Notes: generated from the sequence alone by a model not told the origin. Shown: positions 23,979-38,350, numbered from the stretch's first letter. The stretch: DNA of 64,000 nucleotides from Azolla caroliniana (GCA_043228905.1 JBHGNT010000022.1:9362001-9426000); one strand, 5' to 3'. Numbers and translations: made by a program.

Positions 23979-26900
23979 GATCGCATGTCGGATACCATCC
24001 CTCGTGTACCTCGTATGTTCCTCCTTCGACCCGACCGTCTCCTCGTCCCAAGCACGTCGATGCACCGTCTCCCTTCGTTCCGCGCTTGCATTCCGAAGGC
24101 TCCACCCGTACGTCGACGTCGACCTTGAAATACGTGCTCATTCCTAGGTTCTTAAGCGACCACATTACATGCTCCTTGTTTCGCCCTTGCCCGTGGTGTT
24201 CTCTCACGGTAGAGTGCACCACCATCCCGACATCCGTGTCGGTACTCTCCGCTTCCGCGTCCTTCGTCACCTCCGTCATCGTTGTCTTGTTGCCCCGACG
24301 ATCCCCTCTGAACCCACTTGGCCCTCATAGCTCATCGTGGTGCTCCGGTCACCTCCTTCGGCACTCTCGTCCTCTTTGATGTCACGGACACACATGACGG
24401 CTTCCGACTCCTCGCCACCGCCCTCCGTCTCTTCGGTCTTACATTGATTCGAAATCGCCGAAGTCCCAAAAGTAGGTGTGGAGGGTTCCTCTCATTCTCG
24501 GTCCTCCACCGAGTCATACTCGTCATGCCCGCTTGGCTTCCTCGTCGTGCGCATCGGCTTCAACCGGGTTTTGTGGCTCGTTTGCCACGATCGTCGATTA
24601 GGCCGGCTTAGCCCTTGTCCGAATCAGTCTCGGCCGATCGATTCTCGGCTCGATCGGCCTTTATCTACATTCTTGTTCAGCTGAACAATTTCAACTGAGT
24701 TGGCTCCCTTTCAGTTCTTCTTCCGTTCGCGTTGGAATACCGGTCGAATTGTTCCCATTCGAGTCGGATTACCGGCCGGATCGACTTCCGGTCGGAACGG
24801 TCCCTGTGTGGAAATATTTAATCTAAATATTATATTATTATTAATATTAAAAATAAGTAATTACGAAGAGTTATTTATTATTAGACTTTAGAGAAAACTC
24901 TTCATTGAAGACGCATAACGTTTTGTACATCGGCTCTACAAACAAGCCATTTTGGCTAATGGAACATAACATAATCAATATAGAACAAAATTTATTTATG
25001 TGTGATCTCTCTCTCTCTCTCTAGAAATCATTCTCTATTTGTATAGTTGCCGAATTCTACATGGTATCAGATTTATAGATTTCCGCATCTATCAAATAAG
25101 ACTAGAGAATCCCAGGAGTGTTGATCAATTTGTCATCAAGACGAGTGCTAAGACGGATAGCCCTCTTCCATAAAAATGTGACTATCCTCAACTCCTACCA
25201 ACATTCTCAACACACATAAACTTTCATTAGTAAAGTTATCAAAGCAAAATTATCGCATTTGGAGTGCTCGACTCGAATTATTATTTCAACACTACAAACT
25301 TTGGGATGTAGTGTCAGGATTATCAACAAAACCTGGTGTCCCCAGACCTGATCAAGTTATTTGGAAAGAGAAGGATCTTCTAGCAAAGATGGAATTATTA
25401 GCACATATATCAGATGTTCAAGGAGAAGCGGTTAGAAAGTTACAAACTTTGCATCAAATTTGGGAGAATTTAAAGACACAATACGAACCAAAGACGGATG
25501 CATCACAAGTGCACACACTACATGCATATGTCACATTTACAATGAAAGAAGAAGAAGATGTACATAATTTTCTAACAACTTGGGAAAAGAAATTGGATGA
25601 TACAATTACATCTAGCTTGGACATTTCCGACAAACTACAAAGATGATTATTATTAGGTGCTTTACCCTTTTCTTGGTCGTCTTTTGTGACTACAATTTTT
25701 TTAAATAAACAAGCTATTGTGGAAGATCTCATGGGAGACATAAGACAAGAAGACTCGATGAGAAAGCCAAGAGAAGAAAACACATCAACACAAGCAATTG
25801 TTGTGGCAGCCTATCGACCTCATTACAAACCACAAGCAAGATACAAGAGTGTCAAGAGTCAGTGGACTAATGAACCTATGACTAAAGCAGGAATGGAGTT
25901 CATTAATTCTTATTGCAACATTTGCAAAATACCAGGCCACACACCACAAGAATGTAAGGCAAAACAAAAGTCTATTTGAAGATTCCCAACCAACATTTGT
26001 CGACCACAAGCGCACATTGTAGAAGAATTCGAGGAAGAAAGAAATGGAGAAGAAGAAGAAGAAGAAGAAGAGGTTTATGTTGCCTCAATGGAAGAAAATG
26101 ATGAATATGAAGAAGAAGGTTACAACGACTTGATGCAAGCTTTCGTGGCTAAAGCACTTGTCGCAGATATACCAACAAGGAAGGATGACAAATGGTATCT
26201 CGACACTGGAGCAACGAACCACCTCACACATCGATTGGATTGGCTTCAAAGGTACACACCCCTACAAAATCCAATAACTGTTAGATTTGGAAATAATGGA
26301 GTAAAACAAGCATTAGGCAAAGGCCAACTTACTTTTCATCTCCCTGGAGGAGGAAACTTCACCATAAATGATGTGAACCACGTGCCTGGTATCACCAAGA
26401 ACCTCCTTTCAATAAGTCAAGCAACTTCAAATGGAACCATCATCGAGTTCCATCATAACCAAGCCGTGATTCGTCATCTTCTACCAAATGGTCTCACGAT
26501 ACGAACTTCCTGCAAAAGACGAGGGTTATATCCAGTTAATGTACATCCAACAACCCAATCAAAAATTGAAGTTCACGCAACTGAGATTGAAAGACAACAT
26601 GAACTCACCTTTGGCACTATCTACTCAGACATCCACACCTTGTTGCTATGCGAACACTCCTAACTCACAAGCTCGCTCAAGGAGTCCCAAAGGATATGTT
26701 TTGCAAAATCGACCTATGTGAGGCGTGCTTGTTCGACAAAATGGCATCATCAAAGTTTCCTACAAATCACAAAGAAGTCGACCACTTGAACCCATCCACA
26801 GTGACATATGCGGTCCATGCCCAACTCAATCACTTTTAAAATCAAAATATTTCATTAGTTTCCTCGATGATTATACAAGGTTTATGATACTAACATTCCT

Positions 26901-27063
26901 CAAAAGCAAAGATCAAGCTTTCATAGCTTTTACAAATTACAAATCACTAACAGAAAAGCAACTAAATCTAGAATTGAAATGTCTACAATCTCACGGGGGA
27001 GGAGAATATACATCTAACAAGTTAACAAAAGTTTGTAAAGAGCATGAAATTTTACAACGAATT

Positions 27064-28401
27064 TATGTGGCTTCAGTGACTATTGCAAGACCTGCAGATC
27101 GAGGTGCCGGACCCCAATCCTGATCTACTGTGCCAACAAAAGTAGCATGCAACTCGCCAAGAACCTCGTATTCCATGCTCGGACAAAGCACATAGAAGTG
27201 CACTACCACTTCGTGCGTGAGCGTGTCCTGAGTGGTGAAGTCAAACTTCGGTATGTTCATACGGATCGGCAAGTTGCCGACATCTTCACCAAACTACTCG
27301 GATCGGACAAGTTGCAACACTTCACTGAAATGCTTGTTATTCAGCATCTCGACGTGCCACACTTGAGGGGGAGAACTGGCAAAGACACTAGAACGGGCAA
27401 AGGCAAAGAGACTGTTGTTTGCGCCAGTAAGGGAAGAACCGACAGAGGGAGAGACAAAAAGAAGAAAGGAGCCGAGTCGACAAAGGAAGTTGACACATCT
27501 GAACAAGTCGGAACAAGCGGCAGCGGCGGCAGAGTCAAGAAGGACAGAGCTGCTAAGACCTGGACATGGTCCGATGTGGTGAAGGGCCTGGAACCGGAAA
27601 ACGAATCGGAAGCGATCGATTCAGACAAGAGTTGGAACGAATCGGAGACAGCCAATTCGGTTCAACAGATGGATTTGGAAGAACCGGATCAATTCAAGGC
27701 CAAGATGACGAGAAGGCAGCTAAAGTCGACGCCAACACGAAGGAATCAACGAATCCGCAAGCACCGAAGTCACAATAGCGAGGGAGCTGAATTGGGCCTA
27801 TTGAACAAACAAGCCGACCGAAGAGGTCGAGGTGCGTAGAAACGGAAGGGTCACGGCAAACGGGACCGGACCAAACGAGGAGCGCGAGGGAGGCGGAGTG
27901 ACGTTAGAAGGAGCCAGGTGGAAGGACCGGCTGCCATCGAGACTAACACTATGATCTGACCTCAAGTTCAGCTTGACGGGGAGTGTTTAGCGGCAAGCTC
28001 AACCGGATCCGGATGGGCTAAGTAAGCCTGAGCCGGATCGGCATCCGGAAGGATGAGCCGGATTGGTGAGCCGGTGAGCTGGGGAGCCAGGTAGCCGGAT
28101 CTAGCAGTAACCGAAAGCTTAGTAATAGCCTAGCCTACTAGGTAGTTAATGTCTCATAGTTAGTGTCAGACGCTTGTGTGAGCATTGAAGTACATCGTAC
28201 TTCTCTCAGTTCGTATGGACTTGTATAAAAGTGTTCACCGAACACATATGATGTACAGATTGAGTAATATTTTGAATTGAGTTTCTTTGTCCTCTCTCTC
28301 TCTCTTTGTCTCTCTTGCATATTGTGTATATTCTAAGCTCTCCATTAAACTTGTGTTACTGTGTTCAGTTTTCTATTGCTTCCGCATGTTATTCTTTTAC
28401 A
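27064..28401 (+). mobile_element. 3' fragment of a tailed Copia (RNase H, tail, PPT, LTR 27984-28401)
   Basis: KHIEVHYHF and ADIFTK followed by the tail. PPT CTTGACGGGGAG. LTR TGTTTAG...TTTTACA. Confidence 0.88.
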
Positions 28402-28732
28402 ACGAGTTACCCTTTCTCGAATCTACGACACCAACACATAACCTTAAAAATGATATTCATGAAGGAGGCGAACAATTAGAAGACGATGCCGCCACTGTTC
28501 GTGAATCTCATAACAATGTTGCCGTTGATGTACGCCACTCTCCAAACAGAGCCGCCGCCGCCGCCTTCTACCGCTCACATAGCAATGTTGCTGACGATGT
28601 TTGTTACACTCCAAACAACGCCGCCAGCACCGATGCCATCGACTTCTGCCACCAAAAGAACATGATGGTTGCTGTTTATCGTCACCACCCAAACAATACC
28701 GCGGCCAACAGAATAACGCCATTGCTGGCTTC

Positions 28733-31700
28733 TGTTATAGGTTTTAGGGTTAGGGTAAAGGATGAGGATGAGGATGAATGGTAATGGTATAATAGTGAAA
28801 ATGGTGGAGAGTATGATAGTGAGAGAGATTGAGAGAGAAATGTTCATCCCTTCATTCATTCCCCATAAGGGGTTAAATAGGTACAAAGGGGTAGATACAC
28901 AAGGGTGCAAGCCCCCTTGGGCATTCACACCTAGTCACTACTCACACCACTTTGTATCCACCACACTCACAATTACATTCACACTCATAATCATATAACA
29001 TTACACATACATATCAACACATTACATCTTTCACCCTCACTTATAACACTTATCAATCACTCGTACATCTCCTACGACAACACAATATGGAACACCCGTG
29101 GGAGAGTGCCTTGCATGTCAATCCCACATGCCTTGATCATAATCTTTCTTCGACCGGAATTTCCATCGGTTCTCTCAACGATCGACTCCGTCGATCGGAG
29201 CCCTTGACTCGAACATCTCCTTCGGTCAGCGACTTATCAACACAAACATTCCCATTCTGTCGGTTCACGAACGTCCAACATCACATTGTGTGTTCTTCCT
29301 TTAGTTTTGTGTGAGTTGTCGTGATCGATCACGTCCATTTCTTTAGGTGGATGAGTTTTTAAATTTACGTATTGTAGTCTCAAATTTTCTAAATCAATGA
29401 CAATGCCCTTTGGTTTTGAAAATTGTATTATGTACCCTCATGTTTTTATAATGATGTTCGATACCCCTATCATTCTCTCTTGCCCTTTCTTTTTATTGAT
29501 TGATTTATTATTATTATTATTCCCCTCCTCTCTCTTGCTTTTGTCTCGCTCACTTCTCTATCTGTTTCTACTATGTATCTTTCGTAGATCTTTTTATTTT
29601 TATTTTTTATCGTAATTAGCTTACCCTAGTGGTAAGTCGATAACACTACAAGCACTGTGTCTTGGGTTTGAAACCCAATTTCCTCACCTCTCTATTATAT
29701 ACTTCATATATATATCTCTATTTCACTAGATGCCACTGTGGAATGTAGGGGTTGAACCCATGACCACCTGGTCTCCATTAGGCAACCTTACCAACTGAGC
29801 TACATCCATCTGGGCTTCATTTATTATATACTTCATATATATCTCTATTTCACTAGATGCCATTGTGGAATGTAGGGGTTGAACCCAAATTCTTTTATGT
29901 ATCTTTCTTAGATCTCTCGTTGACGCCATCGTCTTCTTCTTGTTATATTGATGTATCCTTATGTTCTTCTTCTCTCTCCTTCTTGCGTTTTCCTTCTTCG
30001 TTTCTTTTTATTTCCAGCTTGTTCTTCTTCTTTCTTTTCTGTTTTGATATCCCGTCAGCCTCCTATCAGGTCTCCGCTTGTGGTGGTTGTCGGCTTTGTC
30101 CACCGTCTATGTCTCTCTGTTCAGCCACTAGTTGTTTGGCCATTCCGGCTGTTGGCCGGCCATTCCGACCATTTCGGTTCCTCATGCCACTCCATCTCTG
30201 TCTCCGGCTCCGTTGCCATCCAGCCCATTGTTTCGGCAACTCCCGCTGTTTGTTTAGGGTTTCAGGTCACCGCTATTCCTTTCGGTCGTTGGTTGTTGTC
30301 CGGCCATCTATTGTCTGCTCGTATGTCCAACCATTTTCGTCTCCCGTCTCTGTGTCCGTTTGGCCTATCCGGCCGCTTGTTCGGTTACTCTTCCGTTGTT
30401 GTCTGGCCATCGGTTCGGCTATCTCCGTCGTCCAGCCCGTTCGGTCATCTTTGTCCAGCCGTTATGTGTCTTTGCGCATTCCGGAAATTGATCCAGCCGC
30501 TGCCGCTCTGCCATTGCCACTGTACGACTGCCGCTCCATCTGGTCACTGTCTCTGTCCGACCGGGTTGCTGTTGGTCAGCCTCCACTCTAGTCGTTGGTA
30601 TGTGGTCACCGTCATCTGATCATCGTCCTGGTTCTGTCACCGTTCCGATTGTTCGGCCTATTCCGATTGTCGTTTGGCGGTTCTTTGTCCAGCCCGTCTG
30701 GCCACTCCGACCATTGTTCAGCTATTCTGGCCACTCCGGCCACTATTTGGCCACTCGTCCGTCGTTCCGGCTCCATCTCCATCTCCTTCCGTGGCCACCT
30801 CCAATCGTTGTTGTCGTCCTTGTTTGGCCGTCTCTGTTATCATTTTCCTCTCCGGCTCCGGCTCCGTCATCGTTGTCCGTCATCTCGTCCGTTGTTCGAC
30901 CTTCGTTTTGGTGGCCACTTTCCGGCCTCTCCAGCCTTTTCTGTCTTTTTGATTCGTCATTTTCTTCCGGTCGTCATTTGGTCCTTCGTCCCGGTTCTCT
31001 TATCATCTTCGTCGGCCGGCCGTCGTCATCTCTGTCGCCGTTTGTTCGGTCCATTCTACCGCCGCCTTTGTCAAGACACCGCTCCTATGGCCGGTGTCCC
31101 TATTTAGCATTTTTGGCTGCCCCTTTGCATTCTCGTAGTTGGTCCAACCGTTGTTTGTCCGTCCAGCTTGTTGATGTCTATTCAGTTGTTTTTCTGGTCA
31201 AATCATTCGTTTTTTCTAGCAGTGTTTGTGTTTGTTAGGTCGTATGTGAATAGAAATGCATTGTCTCGTGATGGTTGGCTCTCTCATAGATAACAAGGTC
31301 TCTTTCTCCGTTTCTTCTTTCTTCTTTCTTTGTGATTAGATCCACGCGAAAAAGACATCGTCACCGTGCTACATTCCTCGATGCCTTCTTATAACCATCA
31401 CCATTTCTCGCACATCATCGATTTGATTTCTTGCCACATCTCTTTGTTGCCATGGCTTTGTCACGTATTAGTCTTTCACTTCATCTTCAAAGGGGGGTCG
31501 CCTTAGTGGTCGCCAAAAAGTGTTATAGGTTTTAGGGTTAGGGTAAAGGATGAGGATGAATGGTAATGGTATAATAGTGAAAATGATGGAGAGTATAATG
31601 GTGAGAGAGATCATGACGATGTTGACAAACATTCAAAAGCATTGCGGGGTGGGGGGTGGTGCCTAGAATGGCTCCACCCCCCTCCCAAGGGGGTTCAACG

Positions 31701-32002
31701 TAATGGGAGAGAGAGAGAAAGAGAGATGACAAGAGAGAGAGAGAGAGATTGAGAGAGAAATGTTCATCTCTTCATTCATTCCTCATAAGGGGTTAAATAG
31801 GTAGAAAGGGGTAGATACACAAGGGTGCAAGCCCCCTTGGGCATTCACACCTAGTCACTACTCACACCTCTTTGTATCCACCACACTCACACTTACATTC
31901 ACACTCATAATCATATAACATTACACATACATATCAACACATTATATCTTTCACCCTCACTTATCACACTTATCAATCACCTGTACATCTCATACGGCAA
32001 CA
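28733..32002 (-). mobile_element. Non-coding non-autonomous LTR element (LARD-like), Arg-type PBS
   Basis: Direct repeats 28733-29082 and 31521-32002 (TGTT...CAACA). TSD GCTTC/ACTTC. Minus-strand PBS TGGCGACCAC at 31506-31515. No recognisable domains. Confidence 0.8.
29622..29808. other. Convergent pair of tRNA-like (SINE-head-like) A/B-box modules
   Basis: Plus strand TACCCTAGTGG-32nt-GGTTTGAAACC (29622-29675). Minus strand TAGCTCAGTTGG-32nt-GGTTCAACCCC (29802-29748). Part of it is duplicated at ~29822-29888. Confidence 0.6.
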
Positions 32003-32833
32003 ACTTCCGCAGCCTCCCAACCAGCGTCGTCGCCTCCTCCCAACAGAACACTGCTACTGCTGACGATCACCGCCTCCCACATAGCATCGCCATCGATGCT
32101 GACTTTTGCTACCAACACATCAACATTGATGATGATAACCACCGCCCTTGCCATCGACAAAAGGATGTTGATGCCGCTACAATCGCCACCAGCAATCGAT
32201 CGAAGAAAGCCGCCAATATCATCACCGCCTCTCACTTTGATGAAGTCCCCGATGTTGTCGATCTTTATGTGGTAATCCCTCGCCCTTTTTATTCATGCTG
32301 ATCAGCTACTTGCACCTCCTCCGATCTCTCCTGCACATGAACCCCTTGCATCTCCTCCCATCTCCTTTGCTCCAAGAACTTCTCCCGTTCGACTACGTTT
32401 ACATAAGAAACCAATGTTTAAATTTAAAGTCAATAAAAATAAAAGTAAAATGAAAATTATATCTTTAAATCTAGCCAATGCACATAAAAGAACTACCCAA
32501 CCCAAACTAACTAACTACATTCACCCACATCTTGATAGTGGTTTCACACCATCCAACACTACACATTATAATGACCTCACAAACACATCCTCTCCATCAA
32601 CCATGTCTTCACCTCACTTACATACATTTAACACCTTACCACACTCTTTATCCATTTTGTCGACCTCTAATCAACATGCTCTTGAAAGCCCTCAAACCCA
32701 TCAAATCATTCCGTCATTTAATCTTGAATCACCCGACATCACTAGTGATTTTTCAATCAACTCAAAATCATAATCCTCGCAAGACTATCCAAACCCATAT
32801 GATAACGACTCACCACCTCGGCATACGCGCTCC

Positions 32834-34128
32834 TTGTCTGATATCTATAAGGAAATCAACCAATTCGAGGCACAGTTTGTGGACCACGATATGGATGCTC
32901 TCATAGTTGAAGAAGAGTCGCACACCACAAATGAGTTGATTATTACCGCTAGAGAAGCGTTTTCTAGTACCGATGGCCCTAAATGGAGACCAGCCATGGA
33001 AGAAGAGATGACAGCCTTATTAAAGAACAAAACTTGGAGCCTTGTCGATCCACCACCTGATCGAAAAATTGTTATTTGTAAGTGGGTTCTTCGAAAGAAG
33101 ACCGATGCTAATGGAAATATTATACGTTTCAAAGCGTGTCTCGTAGCTCGTGGTTTTTCGCAAATACCTGGAATTGACTTCAAAGGTACATTTAGCCCTA
33201 CATTGCGAAGTATCACATTTCACATATTTGTCTCTCTCGCCGTCGAACTTGATTTGGAACTCCATCACTTAGATGTTCAAACCACTTTCCTTCACGAAGA
33301 ACTTAAAGAAGAGATCTATATGCAACAACCACCGCATTTTGAAGATTCAACTCGACCAAATGATGTATGTTCCCTACATCAATCCTTATACGGTCTGCGA
33401 CAATTTCCACGAGTTTGGTATCATCGACTTCATAATTTCCTAACTAACAATGCCTATAAAAGATTAAAGAATGAACCAAATGTATACATTAAAAGAGCTA
33501 AGAATAGTTTCACCATAATTGGTGTTTATGTCGACGATTTACCTCTACTTTCCAACTCACTAGCCTATCTACAACTTGCGAAGAAGGAACTTCAACAAGC
33601 TTTTCCAATAACTAACCTTGGTCCAATGAAGTATTTCCTTGGAATTAACTTACAAAGAGATCATGTCAAAGGAACCATTTCTCTTTCCCAAACTCAAAAC
33701 ATTGCAAGCCTATCTCTACACCCATGTCAACTCCATGCAAATTATCAATCGAAGATGCTCCAAGCACTATTCAAGAACGAGATGAAATGCTCAATGTTCC
33801 TTCCAAGAAAATCCTTGGATGTATACGCTACCTTGTTAGTTGTACACGTTCCGATTTATGTTTTACCGCTAGAATTCTTTCAATATTTATGCAGGATCTC
33901 GGACCAAAACATTGGCAAGCTTTAAAACGACTACTACGTTACCTAAAACGAACAAAAGATATGGTATTCACTTACTCTAGATCGCAATCAGAGTCCGTCA
34001 ACATGAATCTTGAAGGATGGACCAATCCATCACAATTGTTTCGTTGGACGGATTCAAATTGGGAGGGGATATTGATGGTCATAAGTCAACAAGTGGCTTC
34101 GTATATTGTCTCGTCGGAGCCGCTATAG
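32834..34128 (+). pseudogene. Copia C reverse transcriptase
   Basis: KWVLRKK, KACLVARGF, LDVQTTF, SLYGLRQ, YVDDL. Confidence 0.92.
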
Positions 34129-34211
34129 TATGGACAAAAGGTGCTCACTGAGCACGAAGTATGTACAGAGAACATACATAGAATTATTTTGAATATAGTT
34201 ATGTTTTTTGC

Positions 34212-34217
<6 letters not shown>

Positions 34218-34248
<31 letters not shown>
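34218..34248. repeat. (TG)n microsatellite in LTR
   Basis: About 15 TG units, absent from the 3' LTR. Confidence 0.9.
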
Positions 34249-34249
<1 letters not shown>

Positions 34250-36795
34250 TCCCTCTCTTTCTCTGTGATTCTTGTGTTTTACGGAACTGTCGTACTCCCG
34301 AACCGTGTACTCCAAGTCTTTCGCAGACGCCTCCGCACACGTATTCTTTTACATGGTATCAAAGCGCGAGCGTTGAGACTCCTCTGCAACAAACAAAAAA
34401 AATCTTGCGACAAAGACAGAGTTAAGTTATTGTTTTCGGAAAAGACAAGACAACAATATGGACAGAGGAATGGGAAGCTCGCTACCAATTAAGACGCTTC
34501 ACAGGAGGAACTACGCATCTTGGTCATACAAGATGCACCAGTACCTGCTTGGTCATGGTTATTGGAGTTATGTCGAAGGAGATAATGATACAACACCCGA
34601 ATCGACACACAGAGATTTTTCGGCTTGGGAACAAGCAACAAGGAAAGTTTTTTACTGCTTTGCGTCCTGTGTGAGTGACCAGATCTTTAGCTACATTCGG
34701 GATGCTAAGTCACCGAAGGATGCGTGGGCGAATCTCAAGAGGATTTTCATTGCTAGCACAACGGCCAGGAAGCTGCAGCTCAGGGAAGAGCTCAACAATG
34801 TCCGACAGAAAGATCTGTCTGTGGCCGATTACACGGCCTGAATCAAGGAGATCAGTGACTCTCTCACCTCCGTCAACGTGAACGTCGAGGAGAAGTGGTG
34901 CAGATTTGTTTTGGTGGGTTAGCGTCAAAGTTCGAAGTGTAGCAAACAACGGTCTGCACAAGGGAGATTACTTCTTCGCTCTTCGAGCTTCAGTCGATGT
35001 TGCTCGTTGAGGAAAATCACGTGGGTGCGTCAACGAGTACGCACGCCAACAACAGGATGTTGTACACGGAGGAAGATAGGCCCCATACTCGTGGCGGACG
35101 AGGCGGATCGATGCACAATGGAGGCAGCCCAAAAGAGTAGAACGTGCGGCATAATCGAAATGCTGGAAGCAATTCTGAAACCTCCGGAAGCAGGGGGAGT
35201 CATAGCGGCGCCGGAAGCTGACAAGAGAAGGTTACGACGGAATGCTGGTACTGTGCCAAGAAAGGCCACAGGGAGAGCGGATGCTAGAAGAAGAGAGCCG
35301 ATCCGGACAAAGCCGGATCGAGCGGAGGAGACGCAGGAAGGCGTCAGAAGTCGCACTACACCGAGGGCTCCGAACGAGCCGAAAATGGATCGTGCCCAGT
35401 CTTTGTAATAAAGCACAAGGCCAATTCAATGGTTGTGTGAACACCTCGAAATCGAGCGAGGTGTCGTATGTTGATTCCGCAGCGTCAAATCACATGATGA
35501 GTCGTGAGGAATGGTTCTCGTACTTGGAGAAACCGGAAAAGCAAGGAGTGGTTGAAACGGGAGACGACACTCCGCATACCATCGAACATGTGAGAGAAAT
35601 TCCCCTCAGCCACGTCGGGTAGAAAGGGAAACTTATGAACGTGTTGCACGACCCGACAATAACCAAGAACCCGGTGTCCGTTGGTTAGATAGTCGACCAG
35701 GGGATGCAAGTTCGGTTCACGCACCTCGGGTGCTACATCGAGGAAGAAGGCAAAGTAATCGCGCAAGGGCGTCGTGAAGGGAGGATGTTCATCCTCGACA
35801 CCAACCAAGCCGGAACCGCGTTGTTTGCGAAAGGACAAAAAGTTGAATCGGATATCGACTTGTGGCACAAGAGGTTGGGCCACGTTAACTTCTCACGACT
35901 TTGTGAAATGCAGATGAAGAACATTGTTTTTAGATGCCGAAATTTTGGGGCCGTAATGGCCAAGTCTGCGAAGCTTGCCAATTAGGGAAGCAACACTCAC
36001 TTCCATTCCCCAATGAGCGTAATCGTAGTCGAAGTCCATTGGATTTGATCCATTCGGATGTGTGGGGACCAGCATAGAACGTGTGTCTTGGTGGAAGTCG
36101 TTACTTCGTAAACTTCATCGATGACTTCACTCGGCATACCTGGGCATGTACGATCGCAAAGAAGAGCGATGTCTTCGCATTGTTCCTGAAGGTGAAGAAC
36201 CTTGCAGAACAGGAAATAGGGCGTAAGATCAAATGCCTACCGTCGGATGGGGGGAAGGAGTACTTCTCTGACTAGTTCACGAGTTATCTACAGAAGGAGG
36301 GAATTCGATGCAAATTCTCGTGTAGATATACATCGGAGCAATCGAAGAAGCCGCCAAGGCAATGATTGAAGAGAAGCATATGCCGAAGTTTTACTGGGTT
36401 GAAGTCGTACAGACGACTGTTTATTTGCAGAATCGGACTTCTCCTAATGGAGGAGTGTCGCCACACGAGTTGTACTTCGGAAAGAAGCCGAACTTGGCAC
36501 ACTTGAGGATTTTCAACAGCATCGCTTACATGCATGTGCCGAAGGAGAAACGAAGGAAGCTGGACACCAAAGCCGAAAAGTGCATCTTAGTCGGCTATTC
36601 AGACGAATAGAAGGGGTATAAGTGCTATAACCCCCGAACAAAAGAAGTTCGCGTTGTCGTGAAGATTTTCGTTAACGGTGTGAAAATCATTTGGAACAAA
36701 CAAAATCGAGAAAGTGTAATGTGCACTCAAACATTTGTAAATAAAATAAGACTAAAGCATAGTAACATTTGAGTCCATAAAAAGGGGTGCAAATA

Positions 36796-36851
36796 AGGTT
36801 TGAACCTTGCACCTCCAAGATAGGAGACAAATTAACTTACCACTAAAGCCA
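36796..36851 (-). promoter_or_regulatory. tRNA-type A/B-box module in LTR of E (also 44938-44993)
   Basis: Minus strand TGGCTTTAGTGG-33nt-GGTTCAAACC. Confidence 0.6.
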
Positions 36852-38350
36852 CTATTGAGTGCTTTAGAATTTGTATATTTTCTTTTCATATTCAGTATTT
36901 TGTAGGAAGCAAACTGTTGAGAATCAAGCTCAACATAGCACAACGTGTGAACACACCTTTTGAGAATCTATGATTACTCAAAGGTCAAGAATCACACCAC
37001 TACTCTCTACACATTAACTATGTATCATAGAATCATATTCTATAACACATAACTAATGAGTTACATATTCCCCATGACCATGAGTCTTCACATTCCCCAA
37101 TAGAGAGAGCGGTTGTTGTAAAGTTAATGAAGAGAGAGGGTGGCTCTATATAAAGCACCCTCCTCATACTTCATACTAAGTCGGTTGTGACTCCTTGTAA
37201 TGCTACATTTTCATTTATCATATTCTCCTTGTTAATATACATCTCCTTCTTCTTGAGTACTTCATTTTGTCTCTTATCCATCCTGTGTTTCTCTCCTCTC
37301 CTCTTTCCTCTCACACATACACATAACACACATCTCTTCCGCTACACAAGAATCACCATTGATTCTTTACACAAACATATAGAAACCGTGGGCACAAAAC
37401 CATGGTTTTCGCCCATGGTTTCGGCTCATGGTTTCAGCCCATGGTTTTTGCATGGAGAGACCTATAAAAGCTTATAGTGGGGCTTGTGTAAGGGGGCAAG
37501 TGATGTAAGTACAAAAAAAAGAAACTTTTAATCAAAGATCGGAGTTATCCTAATGGTGATGTATTTTGTCTTGTAAAACTAAAGTCAAGGGTTCAATCTC
37601 TATCTCAATCTTTCTCTCTCTCTTCATCCATCTATCTATCTTCAACACTTTCTCGCTTACACTCCTAAAAACATCGAATCCTTCCGATCTAGGACCCCGG
37701 TGGTCCCGCTTCATTTCGCGAACACGCGAGGATTTCCTCGATATCTTACTTGGTGAACCCGATGTGATGAAGCGGTAGGAAGGGTCAAGACGAGGATCGA
37801 CCAATACTTGGAGATGGCTTCCTCAATCAATAAAGTGGGAGAGTTCGAAAGGATGATGATAATCTTCGAACAAATGATGAGATCTCGAGACAATGATGCG
37901 AGCGTGGAGAAAGATGTCGACCGTGTCGTGGAGCTCCAGGGTCAATTTGACGGAAGGAACATTACGAAGTTCCTTGATGCATACAGAAGGGACATGAATC
38001 AAAGGGATGTGTCTGCAGCGTGTCAAATCACAAGTATCAAGAGAGTGGTCTCCAACAACGTCCAAAGATGCATCGTTCAACTTCAAGAAGGGAAGACAAC
38101 ATGGTCTGGGTTTGAGAAAGCGATATTAACAGAGTTCGTGATGGAAGATTTGTCGAGGATGACTCGACATGTCTTAATGAAGTGAATAGAAAAGAAGAAT
38201 AAGAGGATGAGCACTTTGAGGGTGTATGACGAGTTTGACTAAATATTTCTTCGTCTCCCCACCACAGACCAAGTGCTACTTGAGGAGGACAAAACATTGT
38301 ACTTCCTAAAGGTTGTGGATATGACGGATAGACGAGAACTAGGTACTCTC

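Noticed and set aside
27050-28405. 11-bp direct repeat TTTTACAACGA as a long TSD
   Set aside because: The right copy overlaps the LTR end and host INT sequence is missing, so it is a deletion junction or coincidence.
28740-28758. Telomere-like TTTAGGGTTAGGG
   Set aside because: Only two units, at an LTR end. It is a telo-box-like motif, not an interstitial telomere.
29740-29808. Functional tRNA gene
   Set aside because: A and B boxes are present, but I see no convincing cloverleaf or anticodon arm. It is treated as tRNA-derived, as are the LTR modules.
29857-31238. Overlapping ORFs in all three plus frames
   Set aside because: This is A-poor low-complexity sequence that lacks stop codons, with no recognisable protein.
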